Made by a program: the position numbers and the translations under genes. The notes below the pieces were generated by a model that searched no databases, was not told the origin of the DNA, and worked only from the letters and a program-made list of their open reading frames with translations. From an uncultured Actinomycetes bacterium (GTDB lineage: Bacteria > Actinomycetota > Actinomycetes > Nanopelagicales > Nanopelagicaceae), in the NCBI GenBank assembly GCA_937888825.1, contig CALBFE010000106.1, positions 9,551 to 73,550 of the forward strand: a stretch of 64,000 nt of DNA. Direction: 5' to 3'. Shown one piece after another: positions 19,976 to 31,326 of the stretch (position 1 is its first letter; the number at the start of each line of letters is the position of its first letter).

Positions 19976-21282
19976 AATTCAAAAAGCCTCTTCTTTCCAT
20001 AACCGCACTTGTCACAAGCTTCCTGATTGCATCTGCGCTCACTACCGTCTCCAAGCCAAGTAGCTACTCTGAAAGCTATCCAGCGGTGGTTTGTCCTCCA
20101 ACTCTCAATGGTTTAACTTCGCAAATATCTATTTCTTCAACCAAAACCCAGTACCAACGATTGGAAAATCGAAGTAGTAAGACTTTGCCATTTAAGGCAC
20201 TTCGCTTCCCAGTATCCAAAGACTCATTAGTGATTACAGCTCTAGGAACCACCCCACTTATTTGGCAAAGCAGATCGGGAAGTTGGGCTGGAGGAACATT
20301 ATGCTCTGGGCCAAACGCAGCAGCTTGGTTTGTTGGTGGAACCGCTAACGTCACAACTCGCGGCCGATTAATTCTTGTCAATAGTGGATTAAGCGATGCC
20401 ATCGTAGATATTCAAAGTTACACCGAGAATGCAAAGCAACCGATTAAATCTGTAAATTTAAAGTCAAAGAGCTATATGCAACTTTCAATTGACTCACTTG
20501 CACCGGGTGATAGAGCTTTGGCCGTTCAGGTAATTCCAAGATCTGGTCGAGTCAATGCATTCATGATTGATGAACAAGGGGCAGGATTAAAAGCACTAGG
20601 TGGTGATTTTGTAAACTCCTATCCGGTTGCGAGTAAAGAAGTTGTAATCCCTGCTATACCCAATCAGCTTCCCAAAAAGGGGCAAAAAGCTTCTGCTTCA
20701 CATACGCTACGAATTCTTACCCCAGGCGATGTCGATACAACATTTACCTTAGAGGTTTTATCTGCCGACGGCAGATTTGTGCCGGTTGGAATGAGCTCAC
20801 GTTCGATTGATGCTGGCGTTGTATCTGAGTTTTCATTAGAGCCCAAAATTTCAGCAAGTGCCTTTGCAGTTCGAATCACTTCTCCAGAACCAATAGTTGC
20901 ATCGATTTCATCATCAGTAACAATTAGTGGGCACAAAGACTTTGTTTGGAGTACTGCCACACCACCTCTTACACCCATGACTATTGCTGTGACTGGACTA
21001 TCACCACTGATTGCATTTGCTGGCAATTCCATTTCCGTCAAGGTTCAAGCTAAATTAATAAATGGAAAAACTCTTAGCACAGTAGTTAAAGGAAGCGATA
21101 TTGCTACTTGGCGCGTTCCAGCAAATTCAAGGTCAATTACGATTGTATCCAGCACTAAAGGGGTCTTTGCTGGCGCCTTGATAGCCTCAAGTAATGGTTA
21201 TGGATTTATTCCTATCCAGAATGGCAGTGCTCTCACACGAGTAGAAGTTCCGAATTCAAACATTCGTGTTCTAAATCCCTAG
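19972..21282 (+). CDS. Secreted DUF5719-like protein
   Basis: N-terminal signal/TM, two Cys (VVCP, TLCSGP), synteny. Confidence 0.7.
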   Translation: MKFKKPLLSITALVTSFLIASALTTVSKPSSYSESYPAVVCPPTLNGLTSQISISSTKTQYQRLENRSSKTLPFKALRFPVSKDSLVITALGTTPLIWQSRSGSWAGGTLCSGPNAAAWFVGGTANVTTRGRLILVNSGLSDAIVDIQSYTENAKQPIKSVNLKSKSYMQLSIDSLAPGDRALAVQVIPRSGRVNAFMIDEQGAGLKALGGDFVNSYPVASKEVVIPAIPNQLPKKGQKASASHTLRILTPGDVDTTFTLEVLSADGRFVPVGMSSRSIDAGVVSEFSLEPKISASAFAVRITSPEPIVASISSSVTISGHKDFVWSTATPPLTPMTIAVTGLSPLIAFAGNSISVKVQAKLINGKTLSTVVKGSDIATWRVPANSRSITIVSSTKGVFAGALIASSNGYGFIPIQNGSALTRVEVPNSNIRVLNP

Positions 21283-21324
21283 TAATCCCTAATAATTGGT
21301 ACACAGGCCACTAATGTTCTAACC

Positions 21325-21696
21325 ATGAAGTCACCAGCACAGGTCGGACGAGCTTGCTCCCGTGTGGGCTGCCGTTCAGTTGCCGCGATGACTCTTACAT
21401 ATATTTATGCTGAATCAACTGCGGTAGTTGGACCTCTTGCAACTTATTCAGAACCACATGCATATGATCTATGTGCAATTCATGGTGAGCGTTTGAAAGT
21501 TCCACACGGATGGAATGTCATTAAGCAAGAGCTAACAGGAAATGAGCCTGGTCCATCAGATGATGATTTAATGGCGATCGCAGATGCCGTACGTGAAGTT
21601 GCAAAGCGAAGTGAAGAAGCACCGGCAGCTGTCGGTGAAGATACTTCACAGGCTTCAATTGGACGCCGAGGACATCTTCGAGCTGTTCCATCGTAA
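21325..21696 (+). CDS. DUF3499 family protein
   Basis: RACSRVGC..AAMTLTYIYAESTAVVGPLA..EPHAYDLC..H. Confidence 0.85.
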   Translation: MKSPAQVGRACSRVGCRSVAAMTLTYIYAESTAVVGPLATYSEPHAYDLCAIHGERLKVPHGWNVIKQELTGNEPGPSDDDLMAIADAVREVAKRSEEAPAAVGEDTSQASIGRRGHLRAVPS

Positions 21697-21706
21697 GGAT
21701 CAATTA

Positions 21707-23068
21707 ATGTCGCAAGAGATTGCAAATATTTTTAAAGCCTATGACATTCGTGGACTCGTTAATTTAGAAATAACTCCAGATTTCACTTTTGCTACAGGTG
21801 TTGCTTTTGCACACTTTCTGCAACAACAGCGTGAGCCGGGAACAGTTGTTATTGGTGAAGATATGCGTCCATCTTCAATTCCACTCGCAGATGCATTTTC
21901 TGCCGGTGTCACTTCTTTGGGAATGGATGTCATTCGAATTGGTTTGGCCTCAACAGATATGTTGTATTTTGCTTCAGGCAAACTTGGCTTACCAGGTGCG
22001 ATGTTTACGGCTAGCCATAACCCTGCGCAATATAACGGCATAAAACTCTGTCTGAGTAGCGCACGACCTATTGGTAAAGAATCAGGTTTACTTACCATTG
22101 AAAATTTTGTTCGAAAAGGTTCAGCACTTGAGCTTCGCTCTGTAGGTGTAGAAACTCAACGGGACATGCTTGAGGAATATGTGGATCACCTTTTAAGCCT
22201 GGTGGATCTTTCCTATATTCGTCCGCTTAAAATCGTTATAGATGCAGGAAATGGAATGGCTGGGCACACAGCTCCAGCGATATTTGCCCGTTTAAACTGT
22301 GAAGTAATCCCAATGTACTTTGAACTAGATGGAACTTTCCCAAATCATGAGGCCAATCCAATTGATGAAAAGAATCTAGGAGATCTTCAAAAGGCAGTTA
22401 TCAAACACAAAGCAGATTTAGGTTTAGCTTTTGATGGTGATGCCGATCGCTGCTTTTTAGTTGACGAGAAAGCTAATGCAATTAATCCATCTGACTTAAC
22501 ATCCTTGATTGCAGAGCGGGAACTAAAGAAAAATCCTGGTGCAACGATTATTTATAATTTAATCTCATCACGTGCTGTATTGGAAGTTATTGAAGAGAAT
22601 AGTGGCGTTGGACTTCGCTCGCGTGTTGGTCATTCTTATATAAAGAAAATGATGGCTGAGAGTAAAGCGATTTTTGGTGGGGAACATTCAGGCCACTTCT
22701 ATTTTGATGATTTCTGGAGAGCAGATTCAGGAGCACTTGCTGCTCTGCATGCAATCGCAGCACTGGGGGAATCTGATCAACCTATGTCAGAGATTTTGAG
22801 GCCGTATCAGCGGTATTCACTCAGTGGTGAAATTAATTCCAAAGTTGCCGATACGCAGGCGGCAACTGCATTAGTTGAATCCACATACAGTTCAATGGCC
22901 GGGGTTACAATCGATTATCTTGATGGACTCACGGTTAATGGCGACACATGGTGGTTTAATCTTCGGCCATCAAACACGGAGCCGCTACTTCGACTCAACG
23001 TTGAGGCCAGGGAGCCAGGGCGCATGCAAGAGCTACGTGATGAGGTTCTCGCCCTTATTCGTGGCTAG
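21707..23068 (+). CDS. manB: Phosphomannomutase/phosphoglucomutase
   Basis: FKAYDIRG, TASHNP, FDGDADR, GGEHSGH; ATG 21707 preferred over the track start 21584. Confidence 0.93.
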   Translation: MSQEIANIFKAYDIRGLVNLEITPDFTFATGVAFAHFLQQQREPGTVVIGEDMRPSSIPLADAFSAGVTSLGMDVIRIGLASTDMLYFASGKLGLPGAMFTASHNPAQYNGIKLCLSSARPIGKESGLLTIENFVRKGSALELRSVGVETQRDMLEEYVDHLLSLVDLSYIRPLKIVIDAGNGMAGHTAPAIFARLNCEVIPMYFELDGTFPNHEANPIDEKNLGDLQKAVIKHKADLGLAFDGDADRCFLVDEKANAINPSDLTSLIAERELKKNPGATIIYNLISSRAVLEVIEENSGVGLRSRVGHSYIKKMMAESKAIFGGEHSGHFYFDDFWRADSGALAALHAIAALGESDQPMSEILRPYQRYSLSGEINSKVADTQAATALVESTYSSMAGVTIDYLDGLTVNGDTWWFNLRPSNTEPLLRLNVEAREPGRMQELRDEVLALIRG

Positions 23069-23147
23069 GTGCGCGTCTTCATTACTCGCTTTAGGCGTGG
23101 GGGCAGTAACCTAGGCTCCTGACCGCAGTCGATAAAAGGAGCTTTTT
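23065..23147 (+). promoter_or_regulatory. Structured leader/terminator-like element upstream of ahcY
   Basis: Pairings CTAGGT(23065-70)/ACCTAG(23109-14), TTACT(23082-86)/AGTAA(23105-09), GCTCCT(23115-20)/AGGAGC(23137-42, includes SD), then TTTTT. Confidence 0.4.
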
Positions 23148-24434
23148 GTGAACGTACCAGTTACTTCTACTCTTCCAAAGCACGATATTGCAGATGCATC
23201 TCTTGCTGCACAGGGACGCATGCGCATTGAATGGGCAGAGCGCAATATGCCTGTTCTTTCTCAAATCCGTGAACGCTTTGAAAAGTCACAGCCATTTGCT
23301 GGTGTTCGCATCTCTGCATGCATGCACGTAACAACTGAGACAGCTGTTTTAATGCGCGTTCTAAAAGCTGGCGGCGCTGATATTGCGCTATGTGCATCAA
23401 ATCCACTTTCAACTCAAGATGACACTGCAGCAGCTTTGGTCCATGAATATGGAATCTCTGTTTTTGCTCGTAACGCAGTTGATCGTGATGGTTACTACAA
23501 GCACATCAACGCTTCTCTTGATATCGAACCACACCAAGTTTTCGATGATGGTTGCGACCTCGTCAACACTCTTCACACAACTCGCAAAGAGTTAATTCCA
23601 AATATTGCTGGTGGTTGCGAAGAAACTACAACAGGGGTTATTCGTCTGAACCAGATGGCAAAAGATGGTGCACTTCAGTTCCCAATGATTGCTGTTAACG
23701 ACACAGACACAAAACACATGTTCGATAACCGCTATGGAACAGGTCAATCAACTCTTGATGCAGTATTTCGTTCAACTAACTTCCTTCTAGCAGGACGCAT
23801 TCTTGTTGTTGCTGGATTTGGTTACTGCGGTAAGGGTGTTGCAGAACGCGCTAAGGGAATGGGCGCAGATGTCATCGTTACTGAAATTGATCCCACCAAA
23901 GCATTAGATGCCATGATGCAAGGTTTCCGCGTTATGCCAATGGCAGATGCTGCAAAGGTTGGCGATGTTTTCATTACGGTTACAGGTAACCGCGATGTAT
24001 TGCGTGATGAGCACTTTGCAGTCATGAAGGACGGCGCAATCATGGCTAACTCAGGTCACTTTGATATTGAAATCGATGTAGCTTGGCTAGAACAGCATGC
24101 AGTTAAGAAGAATGCAAAGATGCGTCATCAGACTGATGAATATGTCATGGCCGATGGTCGCCGTTTGCTTCTTCTTGCTGAAGGACGTCTTGTAAACCTT
24201 GGTGCAGCAGAAGGTCACCCAGCATCAGTTATGGATATGTCATTTTCTGATCAGGCGCTTACTGCTGAATACCTTGTTAAGGAAGCTAAGAACTTGAAGC
24301 CTGGTGTTCACAACGTTCCTACATATATTGATAAGGAAGTTGCTAGCTTGAAGTTAAAGAGCATGGGCGGTCACATTGACACACTTACTCCAGCACAAGA
24401 TATGTACTTGAACTCTTGGGAGCACGGTAGCTAA
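23148..24434 (+). CDS. ahcY: S-adenosylhomocysteine hydrolase (short form)
   Basis: [45 protein letters not shown]. Confidence 0.96.
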   Translation: MNVPVTSTLPKHDIADASLAAQGRMRIEWAERNMPVLSQIRERFEKSQPFAGVRISACMHVTTETAVLMRVLKAGGADIALCASNPLSTQDDTAAALVHEYGISVFARNAVDRDGYYKHINASLDIEPHQVFDDGCDLVNTLHTTRKELIPNIAGGCEETTTGVIRLNQMAKDGALQFPMIAVNDTDTKHMFDNRYGTGQSTLDAVFRSTNFLLAGRILVVAGFGYCGKGVAERAKGMGADVIVTEIDPTKALDAMMQGFRVMPMADAAKVGDVFITVTGNRDVLRDEHFAVMKDGAIMANSGHFDIEIDVAWLEQHAVKKNAKMRHQTDEYVMADGRRLLLLAEGRLVNLGAAEGHPASVMDMSFSDQALTAEYLVKEAKNLKPGVHNVPTYIDKEVASLKLKSMGGHIDTLTPAQDMYLNSWEHGS

Positions 24435-25120
24435 TGACATTGGTTATGGTCGTCGATGACGACCAGGACCTTGCCGAAATGCTCGGCATTGTTTTAACCG
24501 GTGCAGGCATTGATGTAGACCTCGTAAGTCGCGGGGATGAAGTTCTTGATGTATTTCGTAACAATCCACCAGATTTAGTTCTGTTGGATGTTATGTTGCC
24601 TGGACTCGATGGAATTGAAGTGTGTAAATTGATTCGTGCGGAATCAATGGTTCCAATCATTATGTTGACGGCAAAGGGTGATTCACACGATGTTGTACGT
24701 GGGCTTGAAGCTGGCGCAGATGATTACATGCTTAAGCCATTTAGACATCCATCAGAGTTAATTGCCCGTATTCGCACTCGCTTGCGCCGAACAAATGTTG
24801 ATATTGCTGGCCTATTAACTATTGGCGACTTAGCCATTGATGTTCAAGCCCATCAAGTTTTGCGGGCAGGCAAACAGATTTCATTGACTCGATTAGAGTT
24901 TGATTTATTAGTAGCACTTGCTAAAGAGCCTGGACGAGTATTTAGGCGTGATGCGTTGCTCAGTGAAGTATGGGGCTATCGCCATTCCACTGATACGCGC
25001 CTTGTAAATGTCCACGTTCAACGTCTTCGCTCCAAGATCGAACATGATCCAGAGCGACCTGAGATTGTGGTTACTGTGCGCGGAGTTGGTTATAAAGCTG
25101 GAGTGATGGGCGGTTCCTAA
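24434..25120 (+). CDS. mtrA: OmpR-family response regulator MtrA
   Basis: Receiver + wHTH; 'DTRLVNVHVQRLRSKIEHDPERPE' MtrA signature; synteny. Confidence 0.92.
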   Translation: MTLVMVVDDDQDLAEMLGIVLTGAGIDVDLVSRGDEVLDVFRNNPPDLVLLDVMLPGLDGIEVCKLIRAESMVPIIMLTAKGDSHDVVRGLEAGADDYMLKPFRHPSELIARIRTRLRRTNVDIAGLLTIGDLAIDVQAHQVLRAGKQISLTRLEFDLLVALAKEPGRVFRRDALLSEVWGYRHSTDTRLVNVHVQRLRSKIEHDPERPEIVVTVRGVGYKAGVMGGS

Positions 25121-25123
25121 GAT

Positions 25124-26674
25124 ATGAACCGTATCTTCTTACACTTTCGTAATTCACTTGCAACTAGAGTGATTATCTCAACTGTTCTGCTTTCCCTAGG
25201 CGTTGTATACCTGACTGGCTCTGCTCTCAACTCACAGCTAGCCACCGGAATTAAGAAAGTAAATCTGGAATCTTCGCGTATTGAAGCCCGTTCAACAATA
25301 TTTTCAGCTGAATATCGCTTTCTACTGGCTGAAGGCGAAGAAGAGGCTGCTGTGTTTAAAGTTATCAACGACATCATTAGCTCTGCTACTTCACTTACTT
25401 CGAATGAGAATACCAGAGAAGTTGTCTTCATTCGCAGCCCTGGCAACAGTCGCATTCAAAATTATGAAATTACCTCTAATCAAGTTGATCCGGTATCAAT
25501 TCTTGAGAATTTAAGTAAGCGTGTACGAAAAAATCCAGATTTAGTTTCTTCCAATATCACTATCCAATACGCAGGTGGCTTAAGAATTCCTGGTCTAGCT
25601 TTTGGTCAAAAAGTTCAGATCCCTGGGGCTGGCCAGTATGAGATGTATATGCTCTTTTCATTGGCTAACCAAAATGCAACACTAGATTTGATTCAACGTC
25701 TTTTGCTATTAACAGGCTTGGTCTTGGTTCTATTGATTGCATTAATTGTTTGGCTAGTAGTTCGCCAAGTTGTTCGACCCGTTCGGGAGGCGGCCGCGAT
25801 TGCAACTCAGTTTACATCTGGAGATTTTCGCCAACGTATGAAAGTAGTCTCACAAGATGAAATCGCCACTTTGGGAACTGCTTTTAATGAAATGGCAGAG
25901 TCATTAGAGAAACAGATTGCGCGTCTAGAAAACCTTTCTCGGGTACAGCAACGCTTTGTTTCAGATGTTTCTCATGAACTTCGTACACCGCTGACGACTC
26001 TTCGAATGGCCTCTGAAGTAATTAACGCTTCACGCGATAGTTTTAACCCAGTGGTTACTAGAAGTACTGAACTCTTAGTCGCCCAGCTAGATCGCTTTGA
26101 ACGCTTACTTGAGGATTTACTTGAAGTAAGCCGATTTGATGCCGAAGTTGCTGTCATTGAAGCCGTTGACTTCGACATTGTTTTGTTAGCTAATCGATGT
26201 GCACAGGACTTGGAGCTCGTGGCCCGAGAGCGATCTACAGATCTTCGCATTTACTGCATTGCCGAGAGTATTACTGTGAAAGCAGATATTAGAAGAGTTG
26301 AGCGCATCCTACGTAACTTGTTCTCAAATGCCATCGATCATGCTGAAGAAAAGCCTGTGGCAGTCACAATTGTGGCAAGTGAGCATGATGTGGCAGTTGG
26401 TGTGAGAGATCATGGAATTGGTTTAGATGAAAACGCCCTTACCCGAGTATTTGATCGGTTCTGGCGCGCTGATCCTTCACGAGCAAGAACACGTGGTGGC
26501 ACTGGTTTGGGACTTTCAATTGCACTAGAAGATGCTCGTTTGCATAATGGAGAGCTCGAAGCATGGGGAAGACTTGGTAAAGGCGCTCATTTTGTATTAA
26601 CACTGCCACGTCAAACTCGACAAGGAATTGAATCACGCTTGATTAAATTAATACCAGATGATGTACACGTCTAG
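25124..26674 (+). CDS. mtrB: Sensor histidine kinase MtrB
   Basis: HAMP, SDVSHELRTPL, FDRFWRADPSRARTRGGTGLGL. Confidence 0.92.
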   Translation: MNRIFLHFRNSLATRVIISTVLLSLGVVYLTGSALNSQLATGIKKVNLESSRIEARSTIFSAEYRFLLAEGEEEAAVFKVINDIISSATSLTSNENTREVVFIRSPGNSRIQNYEITSNQVDPVSILENLSKRVRKNPDLVSSNITIQYAGGLRIPGLAFGQKVQIPGAGQYEMYMLFSLANQNATLDLIQRLLLLTGLVLVLLIALIVWLVVRQVVRPVREAAAIATQFTSGDFRQRMKVVSQDEIATLGTAFNEMAESLEKQIARLENLSRVQQRFVSDVSHELRTPLTTLRMASEVINASRDSFNPVVTRSTELLVAQLDRFERLLEDLLEVSRFDAEVAVIEAVDFDIVLLANRCAQDLELVARERSTDLRIYCIAESITVKADIRRVERILRNLFSNAIDHAEEKPVAVTIVASEHDVAVGVRDHGIGLDENALTRVFDRFWRADPSRARTRGGTGLGLSIALEDARLHNGELEAWGRLGKGAHFVLTLPRQTRQGIESRLIKLIPDDVHV

Positions 26675-26722
26675 TGTCCACAAGCACGTTAGCCTGAATT
26701 CTTTTCACGGTAACTTGCCATT

Positions 26723-27358
26723 GTGCAAGTTTTTTCAGAGCTGAGCCAGCTGCTCTTTCCAACTAGATGTTATGGATGTAATGCTATTGGAATTTCTATT
26801 TGCTCAAATTGCCGTAGAGAATGGCATCCTCACTACTACCTCACGCACATTCAAGGGTTACAAGTAAATTCAGCAGTTCTATATTCTCCAACTGCAAGCA
26901 AGATTATCTTGGCAGCTAAAGAGCATGGTTTAAAAGGGGCTGATGAGTTAATCATTGAGGCCATTGTTCATGTTCTCAGTAGGGCTAATTTTGATAAATA
27001 TAATGTGCGGTTAGTTCCGATTCCCTCATCGGCGATAAATAAGCGAAGAAGAGGTAGAAGTTTTATTCCCGACATTTGTAATGAAATTTCTGCGAGAACT
27101 TCCATACCTATAGTTCCAGCTTTGACAATTCTTCGGAAGGTCAAAGATCAGAGCACCCTTAATGCAAAGGCAAGGCTCAATAATATGCGTGGAGCTTTTG
27201 GAATAGCCGAGAATATTTATCCTCGGGGTGACTTAATTCTCATTGATGATGTTGTCACTACAGGGGCCACAGTCTCTGAGGCGGCCAGAGCCCTGAATTC
27301 ACATGGATTTACGGTCTTGGGCTCAGTTACCGCTTGCGTGGCTCAACCTCTACGATAG
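26723..27358 (+). CDS. comF: ComF family protein (Zn ribbon + PRTase)
   Basis: CYGC..CSNC, LILIDDVVTTGAT; TAACTT -10 six nt before GTG. Confidence 0.85.
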   Translation: MQVFSELSQLLFPTRCYGCNAIGISICSNCRREWHPHYYLTHIQGLQVNSAVLYSPTASKIILAAKEHGLKGADELIIEAIVHVLSRANFDKYNVRLVPIPSSAINKRRRGRSFIPDICNEISARTSIPIVPALTILRKVKDQSTLNAKARLNNMRGAFGIAENIYPRGDLILIDDVVTTGATVSEAARALNSHGFTVLGSVTACVAQPLR

Positions 27359-27410
27359 GGGTCTGGAAAGAGAGATTTGATCAGTTCATGAGCTTTGAAA
27401 GGTTGCATTG

Positions 27411-30083
27411 ATGCCAGCGTTTTTTGACAGGCTTATGCGTGCAGGTGAAGGTCGCATCCTTCGGGAGCTGAGCAAGATTGTTGTTGTCGTTAATGGACAT
27501 GAATCTCGCATTGTTGCAATGTCAGATTCAGAGCTTCGCTCACAAACCGAACTGTTCAAAGAGCGCTTTTCTAATGGTGAATCTCTAGATGATTTGATGC
27601 CAGAAGCATTTGCTGTCGTGCGTGAAGCTGCAAAGCGAACCCTGGGGCAGCGACATTACGATGTTCAAATTATGGGTGGCGCCGCACTTCATAAAGGCAA
27701 TATCGCAGAAATGCGAACTGGTGAAGGAAAGACTTTAGTTGCAACTTTGCCATCTTATTTAAATGCACTTGCTGACCGTGGAGTTCACGTTGTTACAACA
27801 AATGATTATTTAGCAGAGCGCGACAGTGAATGGATGGGACGTATTCACCGCTTCTTAGGATTAAAAGTTGGCGTGATTTTGGCCAATATGACTCCCTCAG
27901 AGCGACGTGAGGCATACCTAGCTGATATTACATATGGAACAAATAATGAATTTGGTTTTGATTATTTACGTGACAATATGGCATGGACCCTTGAAGAGTG
28001 CGTGCAACGTGATCATTTCTTCGCTGTTGTCGATGAAGTTGACTCTATTTTAATTGATGAAGCTCGTACCCCATTAATCATTAGTGGACCAGCTGATAAA
28101 GCCACGAAGTGGTACATGGAGTTTGCAAACCTTGTAGGCAAATTGCAGCGCGATGTTCATTATGAAGTTGATGAAAAGAAGCGCACCATTGGAATCCTTG
28201 AAGATGGTGTAACAAAAGTTGAAGAGCTTCTACAAATCGGAAACCTTTATGAGGCTGCCAATACCCCAATGATTGGTTACCTCAATAACGCAGTGCGGGC
28301 AAAAGAGCTCTTTAAGCGTGATAAAGATTATGTAGTCATGAATGGTGAACTTCTCATCGTTGATGAGCACACCGGTCGTATGTTGGCTGGACGTCGCTAT
28401 AGCGAGGGTTTACATCAAGCGCTAGAAGCAAAAGAGCGCATTGAAATCAAGGATGAAAACCAAACTCTTGCAACTATTACATTACAGAACTATTTCCGTC
28501 TTTACGACAAGCTCTCAGGTATGACTGGTACAGCTATGACTGAGGCCTCTGAATTTCATCAGATTTATAAACTGGGTGTTGTTCCTATCCCAACAAATCG
28601 CTCAATGGTTCGCATTGATCAACCTGACCTTGTTTATAAATCTGAGGCTGGCAAATTCATCGCAGTTACGGCTGATATTGCTGAAAAATATCGCAAGGGT
28701 CAACCAGTTCTAGTTGGAACTGTCAGTGTTGAAAAATCAGAAGAACTATCTAGTTTTCTTCGCAAAGCCGGAGTTCCACATGAGGTTCTTAACGCTAAGC
28801 ACCACGAGCGCGAAGCAGCAATTATCGCTCGCGCAGGTGTTAGAGGCGCAGTAACCGTTGCAACAAATATGGCTGGTCGCGGCACTGACATCATGCTCGG
28901 TGGAAACCCTGAGTTCATGGCAGATTTCGAATTACAACGGCGAGGCCTTTCTCCAGTTGATGATGCAGAGCAATATGAAAAAGCGTGGCCAGATGAAATT
29001 ACTCGCCAAAAGGAAGCCGTTGCACTAGGTCATGAAGAAGTAATTGCTCTTGGTGGACTTTATGTTTTAGGAACCGAGCGACATGAATCTCGACGCATTG
29101 ATAATCAGCTGCGTGGTCGTTCTGGTCGTCAAGGCGATCCTGGTGAATCACGTTTCTATCTCTCACTTCAAGATGAACTCATGCGTCGATTTAACTCAGG
29201 AATGGTTGAGCGCTTCTTAACGGCCGCAGGTATCCCCGAAGATGCCCCAATTGAATCTAAAATGGTCAGTAACGCTATTCGCTCAGCGCAGACACAGGTT
29301 GAATCTCAGAACTTTGAAATGCGTAAAAATGTTTTGAAGTATGACGATGTAATGAATCGCCAGCGCCAAGTTGTTTATGGTGAGCGCCGGATGGTTCTAG
29401 AAGGTGCTGATATTGAGGATCAGGTGGCGACTTTCGTTAGTGACACCTTGACTGCCTACGTCAGCATGGCTACCTCAGAAGGTTATTCAGAGGATTGGGA
29501 TCTAGATACTCTATGGAATGCACTTAAAACCATTTACCCAATCTCATTTACTATTGATGAACTTGTTGCCCGAGTTGGTTCACGAAATGGATTAGATGCA
29601 GAGTTCTTAACTGCTGCAGTAATTCAAGATTGCCAAGCAGCTTATGCAAAGCGTGAAGAGTCACTTGCTTCAGAAGTGATGCGTGAATTAGAGCGCAAGG
29701 TTTTGCTCTCTGTTCTAGATCGTAAATGGCGCGAGCATCTTTATGAGATGGATTATCTGCAAGAGGGAATTGGCCTCCGAGCTATGGCTCAGCGTGATCC
29801 ACTCGTTGAATATCAACGCGAAGGCTTTGATTTGTTCTCAGCGATGATGGATGCAATCAAGGAAGAGATAGCAGGATTCCTCTTCAATATCGAAGTAACT
29901 GTTGAAGCCTCAAGCAAGGAAGTAAGTGGTGCAGGCCTTGAAGCTAAGCCATTGTCTTCGAGTGGTCTTCAATATACAACTGCAGATGAATCTGGTGTGA
30001 AAACTACTGGAGATGTTTCGCGTAATGCACAATGTCCATGTGGCTCAGGTAAGAAATATAAGCGTTGTCATGGCGGTGCTTAA
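27411..30083 (+). CDS. secA: Preprotein translocase ATPase SecA
   Basis: [38 protein letters not shown]-terminal [14 protein letters not shown]. Confidence 0.98.
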   Translation: MPAFFDRLMRAGEGRILRELSKIVVVVNGHESRIVAMSDSELRSQTELFKERFSNGESLDDLMPEAFAVVREAAKRTLGQRHYDVQIMGGAALHKGNIAEMRTGEGKTLVATLPSYLNALADRGVHVVTTNDYLAERDSEWMGRIHRFLGLKVGVILANMTPSERREAYLADITYGTNNEFGFDYLRDNMAWTLEECVQRDHFFAVVDEVDSILIDEARTPLIISGPADKATKWYMEFANLVGKLQRDVHYEVDEKKRTIGILEDGVTKVEELLQIGNLYEAANTPMIGYLNNAVRAKELFKRDKDYVVMNGELLIVDEHTGRMLAGRRYSEGLHQALEAKERIEIKDENQTLATITLQNYFRLYDKLSGMTGTAMTEASEFHQIYKLGVVPIPTNRSMVRIDQPDLVYKSEAGKFIAVTADIAEKYRKGQPVLVGTVSVEKSEELSSFLRKAGVPHEVLNAKHHEREAAIIARAGVRGAVTVATNMAGRGTDIMLGGNPEFMADFELQRRGLSPVDDAEQYEKAWPDEITRQKEAVALGHEEVIALGGLYVLGTERHESRRIDNQLRGRSGRQGDPGESRFYLSLQDELMRRFNSGMVERFLTAAGIPEDAPIESKMVSNAIRSAQTQVESQNFEMRKNVLKYDDVMNRQRQVVYGERRMVLEGADIEDQVATFVSDTLTAYVSMATSEGYSEDWDLDTLWNALKTIYPISFTIDELVARVGSRNGLDAEFLTAAVIQDCQAAYAKREESLASEVMRELERKVLLSVLDRKWREHLYEMDYLQEGIGLRAMAQRDPLVEYQREGFDLFSAMMDAIKEEIAGFLFNIEVTVEASSKEVSGAGLEAKPLSSSGLQYTTADESGVKTTGDVSRNAQCPCGSGKKYKRCHGGA

Positions 30084-30604
30084 AGCAAGTTAAGGGCAGT
30101 ACACAACCACCGCTTATCAATGCCTTCGAACCTAACAAGCATCACACGTAATCGATCCTCAAATCGAATAGTGATTGTTGCTTCACAAATTCCATCTAAC
30201 GGTTCCTGAATATGGATCTTACGAAGGTGGCCAATCTCTTTCTGTGTGCCTGCTTGTCGGACTAAGTCAGAGAAGATTCTGTGATGACACAAAGATTCAA
30301 CTTGCCTGGGTGAGCGCCGTCCCGCCCAAATTTCAACAATTGAATGGGCAAAGCGCTCTGTCCAAACTCCGAGTTCAGGGAGATCTCTTGCAGAAGTGGG
30401 TTCAGGGGCAAAATCTGGATCAAACTCATCATCAAATCGAGATGGAACTAAATAGAGTTTGCTGGGTTTGAATTGTGTAGTCAGTGGCTGAGGTCGGAAG
30501 ATTTCTAGTAGCGGATGCTGCCAGTCGATATTTGTTGCACTTACTAGCTTCTCTATGCGAAAACTACTTATCGAAATCTCTTCAGTTACTGGGTTGGTTG
30601 TCAT
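30080..30604 (-). CDS. Rv3235 family protein
   Basis: '[15 protein letters not shown]', '[10 protein letters not shown]'; convergent on secA; ATG 30604 preferred (track start 30646). Confidence 0.75.
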   Translation of the reverse strand: MTTNPVTEEISISSFRIEKLVSATNIDWQHPLLEIFRPQPLTTQFKPSKLYLVPSRFDDEFDPDFAPEPTSARDLPELGVWTERFAHSIVEIWAGRRSPRQVESLCHHRIFSDLVRQAGTQKEIGHLRKIHIQEPLDGICEATITIRFEDRLRVMLVRFEGIDKRWLCTALNLL

Positions 30605-30708
30605 GAGTGAAGGCTTTAACTTTTCACAGGTTTTGTGGTCAACCATTGGGTTGAATTCTTCTCATCACAAAGGATGAGTGTGGATAAGGATGGCGTCATT
30701 GTCTGTCA

Positions 30709-31326
30709 ATGCAATTGGGTGCACTCATGAGAAAACCACCTTCAAGTAGTCGATCCAGAATGCCATTAGCAATCTCCCTCATTATTGCTTCCTTTATTTC
30801 AGCCTTCTTTTTGGCCAGTTTTTCCCAATCGACGACGCAGTATTGGGTTGCAAATATTGACTTGCAGAGTGGACATCAAATCTCAACTGGAGATCTTTCG
30901 CTTATGGATTTGGATCTATCAGCAAGTTCCATGATTTATCTATCAAAAGATTTAGATCCGCTAGGACAAGTAGTCATAAAGAATGTCGATGCGGGGGAAG
31001 TTATGGCCATCAACTCGGTGAGTTCCACAGCCAAGACAATGGCCAGTAGCGCTGTTCCACTGAGTATTCGATCTGTTGACCTTGCTGCTGGAATCTATGT
31101 TGGAGCATTAGTAGATATCTATTGGGTAATAGATAGCCTTAATGGTGAAGCTCCCCAGGATCCAATTCTTATTCTTGGCAGCGTTCCAATCATCAGTGCT
31201 GATGCGAAGAGTAAGAACTTTGGCACAGACGCAGCGATAACAGTTTCAGTGGAACAAACGCAGGTGCTTCGCCTTTTATCTGCCACAACTTCTGGTCGCC
31301 TGGTGGTGATTAGTTCGAATGTCTAG
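30709..31326 (+). CDS. SAF-domain membrane protein (CpaB/RcpC-like)
   Basis: TM then 'QYWVANIDLQSGHQISTGDL' SAF pattern; 'GALVDIYWV'. Confidence 0.7.
   Translation: MQLGALMRKPPSSSRSRMPLAISLIIASFISAFFLASFSQSTTQYWVANIDLQSGHQISTGDLSLMDLDLSASSMIYLSKDLDPLGQVVIKNVDAGEVMAINSVSSTAKTMASSAVPLSIRSVDLAAGIYVGALVDIYWVIDSLNGEAPQDPILILGSVPIISADAKSKNFGTDAAITVSVEQTQVLRLLSATTSGRLVVISSNV

Noticed and set aside
30679-30687. Perfect DnaA box (TGTGGATAA)
   Set aside because: Single copy; about 0.5 expected by chance in 64 kb on both strands; no cluster or dnaA nearby
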